64,000 bases of DNA from Desulfosudaceae bacterium (GTDB lineage Bacteria; Desulfobacterota; Desulfobacteria; Desulfobacterales; Desulfosudaceae): positions 1,632,001 through 1,696,000 of the forward strand of contig CAXXDV010000003.1 in NCBI GenBank assembly GCA_963674745.2, given 5' to 3'. The translations under genes were made by a program, and so were the position numbers. The notes below the pieces were generated by a model. It was not told the DNA's origin and did not search any database. It saw nothing but the letters and a program-made list of their open reading frames with translations. Below, one piece after another: positions 1 to 9,406 of the stretch (positions are counted from its first letter, which is position 1; each line of letters begins with the position of its first letter).

Positions 1-1023
1 ATTCCAGCGTGCGATATGGGGAAGACTGGTAATCATCAGGTTTGACCCCATCAGGCCGATGGTCTCATATTCCGGTGAAATCATCTCCTTGTTATTGAAT
101 ACACCGATTCGCCCGCATTGAATGGCGCATCCGGTACAGCCGTGCCTTTTTTTCAAATGCCGGTCCCTGATGGTTTCACCGCAGATATCGTCAATATTAT
201 CTACCGTTGAGCGGCTGAAGTTCCGGCTTGGCATGATCCCGTATGGACCGTATTTCATTACATTGAGGGGCGTTCCCAGTTCCGGCAGGGTATGGCCGGT
301 AACGGCATGGGACTTGATTTTATTTCTGGCGGTGGTGACGGCTCGTTTGAATTTTTCAGGATCAGCCGGATGAATTTTACGGTTGCCCGAGGCAACAATC
401 CCTTTCAGCTTTTTGGCACCCATCACCGCACCCAGGCCGCAACGACCGGCAATGCGCCTGCCCGAGGCAATGACAGCGAATTTGACCATGTTCTCCCCGG
501 CCGGGCCGATCACCACCCAGTCACCCTCTTCTTTTCCGCGTTCCTGGGTATCACGTGTATCCATGCCCCATATGGCGGTAGCGTCGACGATCTCCTGGGC
601 CTTGTCCGTCACCCTGACATATACCGGTGTTTCAGACGCCCCGCGGACCATGATGCCGTCAAACCCGGCGCGTTTCAGGCTCAGCCCGAACCGGCCGCCG
701 GTGTATGAAGAGGCGAAAATCCCGGTCAGCGGGGATTTTGATACGACCGCAAACCGGCCGCCGGATGGTGCCGCCGTGCCGGCGGCCGGTCCGCTCATGA
801 TGACCAGTATGTTTTCAGCTGAAAGCGGATCGATTCCGGGTGAAATGTGATCGTACAGTATTTTTAAAGCCAGGCCCTTTCCCCCGATATAGTTCTTTCT
901 GTCTTCGGAGGAGACAGAAAGAACGGATATTTGTCCGGACGTCAGGTCAACATCTAAAACCTTGTTGGTAACGGCGATTATGTCAGTAATGGCGACCACC
1001 TCGCGTTTTGGTGAATACGGCAT
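1..1023 (-). CDS. Aldehyde:ferredoxin oxidoreductase (AOR-family, W/Mo-pterin), N-terminal part; runs off the left edge
   Basis: Not in the ORF track because it has no stop inside the window. Manual translation of the minus strand gives KVLDVDLTSG..YIGGKGLALKILYDH..GIDPLSAENILVIMSGP..GRFAVVSKSPLTG..SYTGGRFGLSLKRAGFDGIMVRG and ends ..PEYETIGLMGSNL.., all typical AOR_N/AOR motifs. Start is uncertain (ATG 1023 or GTG ~999). Confidence 0.9.
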   Translation of the reverse strand, partial: MPYSPKREVVAITDIIAVTNKVLDVDLTSGQISVLSVSSEDRKNYIGGKGLALKILYDHISPGIDPLSAENILVIMSGPAAGTAAPSGGRFAVVSKSPLTGIFASSYTGGRFGLSLKRAGFDGIMVRGASETPVYVRVTDKAQEIVDATAIWGMDTRDTQERGKEEGDWVVIGPAGENMVKFAVIASGRRIAGRCGLGAVMGAKKLKGIVASGNRKIHPADPEKFKRAVTTARNKIKSHAVTGHTLPELGTPLNVMKYGPYGIMPSRNFSRSTVDNIDDICGETIRDRHLKKRHGCTGCAIQCGRIGVFNNKEMISPEYETIGLMGSNLMITSLPHIARWN

Positions 1024-1312
1024 GCCGTATCGATTTCGATGTCAGGGAAGTGTAAGAAAATCTTATACCATAAAAGCCGCGTTGACAAATTACGGAGCAT
1101 TTTCAGGAAAAGTTTATTTATTGATTCATCATTACATTGCAGGACAGATATAAGTTGTAAAACATTTGTAATAGCGAAAAGACCGCTATTGTATTCGGGA
1201 TTTTTCTTTTATGCTGTTGGCAGTTGGTAATTTTTAATAACCGAATGGTTTTTAACAAACCAGACAAACCATTTGTTAAAGCAGGCCGGCCAACGGCTGA
1301 AGGGAAACAAAC

Positions 1313-3058
1313 ATGGCGACACAAAAAACGGTTCACCCCCTTGGTACCCGCGCGAAAGTTCTCTTATCAAGTGTCTTCGGGCCTTACGCTCAGGATGATG
1401 AGTTCGGAAGCAGAAGAATAAACCCCATGGAGCTTTATCAGAATCAGGTTACCCGGGTGCAGGGCGCATTTTCCCTCAGGATGTTTCACCGCACGTTCGG
1501 TCTCATGCTGATCCAATCCAACCTCAAAGCCCCCTGTTGCCTGTTGGACTTTCCCACCCGGGATCGATTTATCGATGAGCTGAAAAACAATTCCTATGAC
1601 ATTATCGGCATCAGCGCCATTCTCCCCAATGTGGGTAAAGTAAAGAAAATGTGCGAACTGATCCGGCAGTACCAGCCCCGGGCCGACATTGTCGTGGGCG
1701 GGCATATTGCCGCCAAGGCGGATATCGACACCTACTTTGACGCCGATTATATTGTCCGGGGCGACGGGGTCAGGTGGTTCCGCGAATTTCTGGGTCAGGA
1801 CCCGGAAGAACCGGTTTGCCATCCAGCCGTGCCCTCTGCCTTTGGCACCAGAATTGTCGGCCATACGCTGAGCGAAAAACCCGGCGAAGTGGCGGCCATC
1901 CTGGTTCCTTCCGTGGGATGCCCGGTGGGATGCAATTTCTGTTCAACCTCCGCCCTCTTTGGCGGCAAAGGCAAATTCATCAATTTTTATCAAACCGGCC
2001 GGGAATTGTTTGAGGTCATGTGCGATATTGAAAAGAAGCTGAAAGTACGTTCCTTTTTTGTTCTGGATGAAAACTTCTTACTTCACAAAAAAAGGGCGCT
2101 TGAGTTGCTTGACCTGATGAAAGAGCACGGAAAAAGCTGGGTGCTGAACGTGTTCAGCTCCGCCCGGGTTTTAAAGTCTTACGATATGGAAGATCTGGTC
2201 AGACTGGGTATCGGATGGATCTGGATGGGGCTGGAAGGAAAATCCAGCAGATACCGAAAACTCAATGACATTGACGCCCACCAGCTGATCAAGGAATTAC
2301 AGGACAACGGCATGCGGGTCCTGGGCTCTTCAATCATCGGCCTCGAGGACCATACCCCGGAAAACATTTCCGAGGTCATTGATTACGCGGTCAGTTACAA
2401 CACCGATTTTCACCAGTTCATGCTTTATACGCCCAACCCGGGTACACCGCTTTACGAAGAGCACAAAAAGGACGGCACCTTGTACAGCGAATCGGAATTC
2501 CCGATCGCGGACGCCCACGGCCAGTACCGGTTCAACTATCGGCACCGGCACATAAAGGACGGCCGGGAAGAACAGTTCCTGCTGGACGCCTTTAATACGG
2601 ATTTTAAGGTGAACGGGCCCAGCCTCTTCAGATTGATACGAACCCACCTTTCCGGATGGCAGAAATTCAAAAACCATCCCGACGAACGCATAAGAGACCG
2701 CTATGACTGGGAAGTGGATCCCTTGCGGACAACATATGCCGGCGCTGTCTGGGCCATGAAAAAATATTACCGCAAAGACAAACACATGGCCCGCAGAATG
2801 GACGAACTGCTCCAGGACATATACACCGAATTCGGCTTAAAAACCAGGCTGGCAGGCCCGATTATCGGGGCTTTTGCTTTTTTTGCCATCAAACGGGAAG
2901 AGAAAAGACTGGCGCGGGGATGGACCTATGAACCGGCTTGTTTTTTCGAAAAGAATAAAGCCGCCGAGGCGTTGACGGAAGAAAAAATCGTTGGTAAAAA
3001 AATAAAACCGGATGTTTTTGAATCAATTACGCCCCTGGAACCTGTTTTGGGTAAGTAA
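1313..3058 (+). CDS. B12-binding domain radical SAM protein
   Basis: N-terminal cobalamin-binding-like region (YDIIGISA..IVVGGH..IVRGDG), CxxxCxxC motif GCPVGCNFC, LDENF, GLEG and TPNPGTPLY. Confidence 0.9.
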   Translation: MATQKTVHPLGTRAKVLLSSVFGPYAQDDEFGSRRINPMELYQNQVTRVQGAFSLRMFHRTFGLMLIQSNLKAPCCLLDFPTRDRFIDELKNNSYDIIGISAILPNVGKVKKMCELIRQYQPRADIVVGGHIAAKADIDTYFDADYIVRGDGVRWFREFLGQDPEEPVCHPAVPSAFGTRIVGHTLSEKPGEVAAILVPSVGCPVGCNFCSTSALFGGKGKFINFYQTGRELFEVMCDIEKKLKVRSFFVLDENFLLHKKRALELLDLMKEHGKSWVLNVFSSARVLKSYDMEDLVRLGIGWIWMGLEGKSSRYRKLNDIDAHQLIKELQDNGMRVLGSSIIGLEDHTPENISEVIDYAVSYNTDFHQFMLYTPNPGTPLYEEHKKDGTLYSESEFPIADAHGQYRFNYRHRHIKDGREEQFLLDAFNTDFKVNGPSLFRLIRTHLSGWQKFKNHPDERIRDRYDWEVDPLRTTYAGAVWAMKKYYRKDKHMARRMDELLQDIYTEFGLKTRLAGPIIGAFAFFAIKREEKRLARGWTYEPACFFEKNKAAEALTEEKIVGKKIKPDVFESITPLEPVLGK

Positions 3059-3122
3059 AAATCTGCAGAATCAGACCGATTCACGATACAACTTAAATGG
3101 CGACCGGAATAATTTGCCCGCT

Positions 3123-3162
3123 AAAATAAAAAAGGCGCCCCCCGATATACAGGGAGCACCTT
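3123..3162 (-). terminator. Rho-independent terminator of the cold-shock gene
   Basis: Minus strand: AAGGTGCTCCC-loop-GGGGGCGCCTT followed by a T-run, just downstream of the csp stop. Confidence 0.7.
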
Positions 3163-3182
3163 AATTGCTCGATAAAACTTGC

Positions 3183-3383
3183 TTAGACAGCAGTCACGTT
3201 AACAGCAGACGGGCCTTTGGGCCCATCTTCTACTTCAAAAGTAACGCGGGCACCTTCTTCGAGGGATTTAAAACCGTTTGCATTAATTGCACTGTGATGC
3301 ACAAATACATCCGGTCCGTCTTCTTGCTCGATGAAGCCAAATCCTTTACGATCATTAAACCACTTAACTGTTCCATTTTTCAT
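3183..3383 (-). CDS. cspA: Cold-shock protein (CspA family)
   Basis: GTVKWFN, KGFGFI (RNP1) and DVFVH (RNP2); 66 aa; strong SD AAGGAGG. Confidence 0.97.
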   Translation of the reverse strand: MKNGTVKWFNDRKGFGFIEQEDGPDVFVHHSAINANGFKSLEEGARVTFEVEDGPKGPSAVNVTAV

Positions 3384-3829
3384 AATATCATCCTCCTTTC
3401 AAAAAATTTCAATATTACGTACTGTAGGATGATACCGTTTGAAAAACGAACAATTCCTGCAGCAAGAACCCCATCCGCTGAATTTCAGCGGAATTTAATT
3501 GATATTTTAATCTTAAGCGGTAAAAAATCCAATAGCAAGCTAAAAGTTTATTATAAAAAAATAAAAAAGCGTCCGGACAGCATTTCATCATTTTGCGAAA
3601 CCCAATTTCAACCAGAAGCTTCAGGGATAAATTTTGAAAAAACAGAACGACCCGCAGGTTCCCCGGGCCTGTGCGAGAAAGGATGATAAGGTTTAATCAC
3701 AAAAAAAGCTTGTTTTTAAAGGCAGAAAACGGCTATTTTAAAGACAACTATCTTTAATGACCAAATTATTTTTGGTCGGCCCCCGAACCAAGGCAAATAA
3801 ACGGACTGAACCATAAGAGGCGTTTTATC

Positions 3830-4345
3830 ATGAAAGAAATTGCCGTCATTATAGCCGATCTCTTTGAGGATTCCGAATATACCCGTCCTGTAAATGCCTT
3901 TCAGGCTGCGGGTCATTCTATTACCCATATCGGTCTTTCAGAGGGAGCGAATGTTAAAGGGAAAAAGAAACAAACACCGGTAACGATTGAAAAGGCAGTT
4001 GCCGATGTGGTCATCGATGAATTTGATGCCCTGTTAATTCCCGGAGGCTATTCACCGGACAAACTTCGCGAGGATGATAAAGTCGTCAATTTTGTCAGAC
4101 AATTTGTCGAGAGCGGCAAGCCCGTTTTTTCCATCTGTCATGCCCCCCAGCTGCTGATTTCGGCCGATGTTATCAGAGGCAGGCGGATTACCGGCTGGAA
4201 ATCGATTGTTCAGGACATCAAGAATGCCGGGGCAACATTCGTGGACGAGGCTGTGGTCGAGGATGGAAACCTGATCTCCAGTCGTTATCCCGGCGATCTG
4301 GATGCTTTTATAGAAGCCTGCCTGAAAAAGTTACACGTGGGATAA
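3830..4345 (+). CDS. pfpI: PfpI/DJ-1 family type 1 glutamine amidotransferase-like protein (intracellular protease/deglycase)
   Basis: FEDSEY, FDALLIPGG.SPD, SICHAPQLL (nucleophile Cys-His) and VVEDGNLISSR.P.DL. Confidence 0.93.
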   Translation: MKEIAVIIADLFEDSEYTRPVNAFQAAGHSITHIGLSEGANVKGKKKQTPVTIEKAVADVVIDEFDALLIPGGYSPDKLREDDKVVNFVRQFVESGKPVFSICHAPQLLISADVIRGRRITGWKSIVQDIKNAGATFVDEAVVEDGNLISSRYPGDLDAFIEACLKKLHVG

Positions 4346-4355
4346 CGTCGGTCTT

Positions 4356-6098
4356 CTAACCCTTCCCGTCCTCATAAACATCATCCTCATAAACGCCTTC
4401 AGAGGGGAGTTCATCATAAACATCGCCTTCATAAACGGCTTCATTGGAGAATTCACTTCCTTCAGCCGTTTTGTCTGCCGAACGGATGATATAGTGGTCC
4501 CAGTATTCAACATTCTTGAAAACCAGTGAAAAACGGGCAAACTCCCCCGGAAGGATCACCCTGGGTTCCGCCATGAGCTTCTGCTCCTGAATGGTAGAAT
4601 CGCTCCAGTCGACAAAGGCCACTTCAACAACAAGATTTTTAATCGGTTTGGTTCCTGTGTTTCTGATCTTTCCGTACACACGCAAACGGCTGTCTTCCAT
4701 CTCTTCGATGTCATGACTGGTGATTTCAATTTCGTCCGGCGCTTTAGTAACTACTTTTGTAATGGGTGCCAGTTCTTCCGTAACGTGATGTTCCGTCATG
4801 GGGCGATTTGCAGATGTATTGAGGTTTTTTGAGCTGGTATCTGTTCCTGTCCCAAATTTGAAGATCAAAACGAAAAAACCGATTAAAACAAGTACGGCAA
4901 TGGGTGTAAGAAATTTCGTAAAAGAAGCGGAGGAGGAGCTGCTCATCTTTTGCGGGATCATCATGGTTTGAGACAGTTGGGTCGGGATGATATTCGGGTT
5001 GCTGAATTCGGTTGACGCAGCCGGCGGCGGTTCGGAATCCGTTGTTTCCGTTTCGTCAATCTGCAGGACCTGGAAACTTTTTTTCAGTTTCGTCAGTTCC
5101 TGGATCAACTGGTCATAGCTCATAAAACGATCATCCGGGTTTTTGGCCATCATTTTCCTTATGACACCGGCAATAGCGGGCGGAACAGCAAAACTGGAGG
5201 TAGGAGAAGGAAACGGAACCGGATCATTGATGTGTTTCATGATAAGGGTTAAGGCATCATCCGATTTGAACGGCAGCCGACCGATGATGAACCGGTAAAG
5301 CATGACGCCCAGGCCATAGATGTCTGTCCGAAAGTCTACTTTTTCACCGCGCCCCTGTTCCGGGGACATGAACAAGGGCGTTCCCAGCACCATGCTGGTT
5401 CGAGTCAGGTGCTGATCTTCGGTAAGTACTTTGGCCATGCCGAAATCAGTGATTTTGACAACACCTTCAGCGTTGATAAGGATATTGGCCGGTTTTATGT
5501 CCCGGTGAATAATCCCGATTTGCAGGGCCTTTTTCAGCCCTTCACACACCTGGATGGCAATTCCCAAGGCCTTTGAAACAGAAAAACGCTTCTGCTTATG
5601 AATCATTTGGGCGGTTGAGGGGCCGTTGACGTATTCCATCACAAAGTATGGCATCCGGCCTTCTTCGCCGGCAGTGTAAATTTGCGTAATATTCGGATGG
5701 GACAGTTTGGCCAGTGCCTGTGCTTCTAGAAAAAAACGTTGTCTTTGTGTCTCATCTTCGATCGATAGCACCTTGATGGCAACATGACGGTTCAGTGATT
5801 CGTCAAGACATTTGTAAACGATTCCCATCCCCCCTTTTCCAAGGGCCCTTTCGACCTTATAGGGCCCGATGGTTTTCGGGAGGTCAACCACTGTTTGTTT
5901 CAACCCGGCAGCAGAAGGAACTTCCGGCTCAGGTCCTGGTTCCGATCTTACCTGCTCTTGCGTTTTCCCGTATTGTTTATCCTTCTGGAACAGAGCGAAT
6001 CCGCAGGCTTTACACTTGGGGGCCTTTTGTTTTATCTGGTCGATTTTATCAATATCAACTTTGTATTTTTGGCCGCATTCGGAACAGGTGATGTGCAT
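4356..6098 (-). CDS. Hanks-type Ser/Thr protein kinase with N-terminal zinc ribbon, one TM helix and a C-terminal FxLYD-like Ig domain
   Basis: CSEC..CKAC zinc ribbon; GKGGMG, VAIK, HRDIKPANIL, DFG, GTPLFMSPE; TM segment IAVLVLIGFFVLIF; C-terminal VYGKIRNTG..VEVAFVD..ILPGE..F. Confidence 0.93.
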   Translation of the reverse strand: MHITCSECGQKYKVDIDKIDQIKQKAPKCKACGFALFQKDKQYGKTQEQVRSEPGPEPEVPSAAGLKQTVVDLPKTIGPYKVERALGKGGMGIVYKCLDESLNRHVAIKVLSIEDETQRQRFFLEAQALAKLSHPNITQIYTAGEEGRMPYFVMEYVNGPSTAQMIHKQKRFSVSKALGIAIQVCEGLKKALQIGIIHRDIKPANILINAEGVVKITDFGMAKVLTEDQHLTRTSMVLGTPLFMSPEQGRGEKVDFRTDIYGLGVMLYRFIIGRLPFKSDDALTLIMKHINDPVPFPSPTSSFAVPPAIAGVIRKMMAKNPDDRFMSYDQLIQELTKLKKSFQVLQIDETETTDSEPPPAASTEFSNPNIIPTQLSQTMMIPQKMSSSSSASFTKFLTPIAVLVLIGFFVLIFKFGTGTDTSSKNLNTSANRPMTEHHVTEELAPITKVVTKAPDEIEITSHDIEEMEDSRLRVYGKIRNTGTKPIKNLVVEVAFVDWSDSTIQEQKLMAEPRVILPGEFARFSLVFKNVEYWDHYIIRSADKTAEGSEFSNEAVYEGDVYDELPSEGVYEDDVYEDGKG

Positions 6099-6168
6099 TT
6101 TTTACAAACCCGGCAATTAAAATTTAGTGGTTTTTAAAAAATTAAGGATAAGACGTCTTTATTAAAAA

Positions 6169-6206
6169 TTTTTGTTATATATAACAAAAAAAGGCTATTA
6201 TGTCAA
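6169..6206 (-). promoter_or_regulatory. Sigma70-like promoter of the kinase, overlapped by a perfect 22-bp palindrome
   Basis: Minus strand TTGACA (6201-6206)-17 bp-TATATA; perfect palindrome TTTTTGTTATATATAACAAAAA at 6169-6190. Confidence 0.55.
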
Positions 6207-6397
6207 TGCCGACAGGAGTTCCAGAGATGCTGCCGGGAACCCGTCAGTGGCGCTGAACAATACGAAAAAACAAGAAAATATCTGGGCCACACTTGACTCC
6301 CGCCCTCTTCCGGCTAAAATAAAATGATATCCATCCAAAAAATGAAACATCTTAAAATTATCTCAAAAAAGATATTGACTGCGGGGGGAGAAAAGAG

Positions 6398-7305
6398 ATG
6401 TGGAGGATCATAAAGGGCCTGGCCTGGATTCTTACCGGGGTTGTCGGCGCGCATGCCGGACATTTTATCTATCAAAAGTACTATCTTAAAGATTTTTCCG
6501 GTATGAAATTTTCCGAATCCATTGCCGTAATATCTGAAAGGCTGCTTTATCTGTCGCAGCAATATTATGAAAAGACAATCCCTCTGCTGATGGCTCACAA
6601 ACAAATAACCCTGTCGGTTATCGGCCTGGTGGTCTTCCTGATGCTTGTCTTTATCTGGTTCAAGGTGCGTGCAAAGTCAAAACCCGAAAGGGATTACAGG
6701 GCTAAATTAAAAGAGGCCGAAACCATTGCGGCCAACGCGCAGAAAAAAGCAGCCGCTGAAATGCAAAAAATCGAGGCCTTGAAAAAAGAAATGGCGGCCG
6801 AATTTGAGAACAAAGAAAAATCTCTCGAAAGTGAGGCCGAAACCATTGTGGCGGACGCACAGCAAAAAGCAGCCGATGAAATGCAGAAAGCCGAAAACTT
6901 AAAAAAAGACATATCGGCCGAATTTAAAATTAAAGAACGGGCAATTAAAAAAGAGGCCGAAACCATTGTGGCCAACGAGCAGAAAAAAGCAGCCGTTGAA
7001 ATGCAGAAAGCCGAGGCCTTAAAAAAAGAAATGTTAGCCAAATTTGAAAACAAAGAGAATGAACTTAAAAAAAAGGCCGAAACCATTGTGGCTGACGCGA
7101 AGAAAAAAGCCGCCGCTGAAATGCAAAAAGTCGAGACGTTAAAAAAGAAATGACGGCCGGGTTAGAACAAAAAGAAGAACAGCTCAAGAAAAAAGCCGGC
7201 GAAAAACTGGGCGCCTATGTCGTAAAAATAAACAACCTGGAAAAAGAACTGCTCCGACTGAAAGAGATAAATCAAAACCTGATGCAAAAGCTGAAAACCA
7301 ACTGA
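6398..7305 (+). CDS. Membrane-anchored coiled-coil repeat protein; frame 0 stops at 7153 and the -1 frame continues to 7305
   Basis: Two N-terminal hydrophobic segments, then 40-aa repeats (AETIVA.AQKKAA.EMQK.E.LKKEM.A.FE.KE..LK). The fourth repeat lacks one A in the A-run at 7141-7146, and the repeat pattern resumes in the -1 frame (KKEMTAGLEQKEEQLKKK..KLKTN*). Confidence 0.75.
6713..7190 (+). repeat. Coding tandem repeat, about 4 x 120 bp
   Basis: GGCCGAAACCATTG recurs with exact 120-nt period (AACCATTG at 6721, 6841, 6961, 7081). Confidence 0.95.
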
Positions 7306-7343
7306 AACGCTCAGGGCTTAAAAAGGTTGGGGGGAAATCGATC

Positions 7344-8165
7344 ATGGGAATATTTTTGGAAAAAACAGCCATCATCACCGGCGGGGCTTCGGGCATAGGA
7401 GCGGCGCTGGCCCAGGAACTGGCCCGCCGGGGAGCAATCGTGACGCTCGCTGATGTTAATGCCGAACTGCTTGAAAAGACCACCGCAGCCATAGTCAATG
7501 CCGGCGGTAAAGCCAAAGCAGTACCCCTCGACGTGACGGATTTCGGTGCGGTAAATAAACTTGTCGACGACACCATCTCTGAACACGGGCACCTGGATTA
7601 TCTTTTCAACAACGCCGGTGTCGTCGTCTTATCCGAAGCCCGGGACTATGATTACCATGATGACTGGCGCAAAATTATCGACGTGGACCTTTACGGTCCG
7701 GTCAACGGTGTGGCGGCGGCCTACCCGGTGATGATTAAACAGGGCTTCGGGCATATCGTAAACACGGCCTCGCTGGCGGGGCTGATGCCGTGCGAGCCGT
7801 TCTGTTCTTACACGGTCGCCAAGCACGGTGTGGTAGGACTTTCCCTTACCCTGCGGATGGAAGGCGCGGACCTGGGCGTGAAGGTCAGCGTGGTTTGCCC
7901 CGGTTTGATTGAAACGCCTATTTACAATTCCCGGGTGATCAAACTCGACCGGGAAAAAATGCTCGAAACCGCCCCCAAAGGCATGGCTCCTGAAAAGTGC
8001 GCCCGCTTAATTCTGCACGGTGTCGAACGCAACAAGCCGATTATCGTGGTGACCGTTATGGCCAGGATTGCCTGGATTCTATACCGCATAAGCCCCGCCA
8101 TGATGCTTTGGCTGGGAACAAAATTCGTCAGGCATTTCCGAAAGGAATTGCGGGTCGAGGATTAA
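7344..8165 (+). CDS. Short-chain dehydrogenase/reductase (SDR)
   Basis: TGGASGIG, NNAG, NTAS and YTVAK (YxxxK). Confidence 0.95.
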   Translation: MGIFLEKTAIITGGASGIGAALAQELARRGAIVTLADVNAELLEKTTAAIVNAGGKAKAVPLDVTDFGAVNKLVDDTISEHGHLDYLFNNAGVVVLSEARDYDYHDDWRKIIDVDLYGPVNGVAAAYPVMIKQGFGHIVNTASLAGLMPCEPFCSYTVAKHGVVGLSLTLRMEGADLGVKVSVVCPGLIETPIYNSRVIKLDREKMLETAPKGMAPEKCARLILHGVERNKPIIVVTVMARIAWILYRISPAMMLWLGTKFVRHFRKELRVED

Positions 8166-8365
8166 TATATAATAGTGAAGTATTCCAATTTCTTCAAAAT
8201 ATGCTATAATTAAATAATTCAAAAATTTCATAATTTCATTATCGTACTTGTACCATAACAGATTTGCCACAGCTGTAAGTCACGAGGCATAATTGTAACC
8301 GTATTTCCTCAAGAGATCTTGACCTGGAAATGGGATGGTACCAACCAGAATCAGGAGGCGAAAAA

Positions 8366-9367
8366 ATGAAAAAACTGTTTCTTTTGATTTTTATGGTAAT
8401 TCCGGCTGTCATGAATGTGAACGTGGCCCTGGCCGAAAACAACCTGGCAGAAAAAAAAGTGGTTGTTATTTCGGGTATCAGCCAAGCCAAAGCAGATGCA
8501 GCCGGTTATACAGAGGCTTATGAAGGAATCAACAAAGGATTTAAATCGATAGGTATTACACCTCATTACGAATGGGCTGAACTTACGCCTGACAATGATA
8601 AAAATAATCATACGATCGGGGATGAGATGGTGACCAGAGTCAAGGCCATGAAACCGGACCTGGTTATTGCGCTCAGCGACGACTGTCTTCATTATGTCGG
8701 CCTGAAATTCAAGGAGATCCCGGTTGTTTTTGCCTATGTGTTCGGTGATCCCACCAAAATCCCCGGCCTTCCCCAGAAAAACATCACCGGTGTGGTGCGC
8801 CGCAGTTATGCCGGCGATATCTTTGCCCTGGCCAACAAACTGCTCGGCGTTAAGACAGTCGCGTTGATCGGTAAGTACAGTGAAGCCATGGCCGGGGTCA
8901 AAGGCTACATGGCTGCCGGCGCCGATAAGCTGGAAGCAGCCACCGGCGTGCGTTATCTGGACATGTACCTGGTCAACACCTTTGAAGAATGGACAAACGC
9001 GGTCAAGACCACGCCGGCAGAACTTCTCTATCTTACGGATACCAGCCGCCTTATCAAAGGGGATAGAGAATTGACCAGAACGGAAACAACCAGCTGGACC
9101 GTTGAAAACGCCAAGGTTCCGGTGATCGCAGCCATAGAAGGTGATGTTGAGGCCGGCGCGCTTTTTGCGATTTTAACCTCGGTGACCGTCAACGGAGAAA
9201 TGGCCGCCGAGCTGGCAGTAAAAATTCTGTCCGGCACGGCACCGTCGGATATACCCTATAGCCCCAGCACCAAGGGACGGCTGGTTTTTAACGCGACTAC
9301 GGCTAAAAAACTGAACGTGAATATTCCGTACGAAATTCTATCCACCGCTGAAAAAATTTACGAGTAG
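8366..9367 (+). CDS. ABC-type substrate-binding protein (ABC_sub_bind-like)
   Basis: SD GGAGG then MKKLFLL.. signal peptide; IPVVF, NITGV, G.MAAELAVKILSGTAPSDIP and LVFNATTAKKLNVNIP. Confidence 0.85.
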   Translation: MKKLFLLIFMVIPAVMNVNVALAENNLAEKKVVVISGISQAKADAAGYTEAYEGINKGFKSIGITPHYEWAELTPDNDKNNHTIGDEMVTRVKAMKPDLVIALSDDCLHYVGLKFKEIPVVFAYVFGDPTKIPGLPQKNITGVVRRSYAGDIFALANKLLGVKTVALIGKYSEAMAGVKGYMAAGADKLEAATGVRYLDMYLVNTFEEWTNAVKTTPAELLYLTDTSRLIKGDRELTRTETTSWTVENAKVPVIAAIEGDVEAGALFAILTSVTVNGEMAAELAVKILSGTAPSDIPYSPSTKGRLVFNATTAKKLNVNIPYEILSTAEKIYE

Positions 9368-9406
9368 TACGGGTATTGCCGGCAACATAACAAAAAAAGG
9401 TTTTAT

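Noticed and set aside
122..850. Plus-strand ORFs 122..373, 292..708 and 383..850
   Set aside because: Antisense to the clearly recognisable AOR gene.
3165..3686. 173-aa plus-strand ORF
   Set aside because: Antisense to cspA and running through its AT-rich promoter; typical spurious ORF.
7151..7153. TGA as possible selenocysteine codon
   Set aside because: The repeat pattern continues in the -1 frame, not in frame; there is no redox-Cys context.
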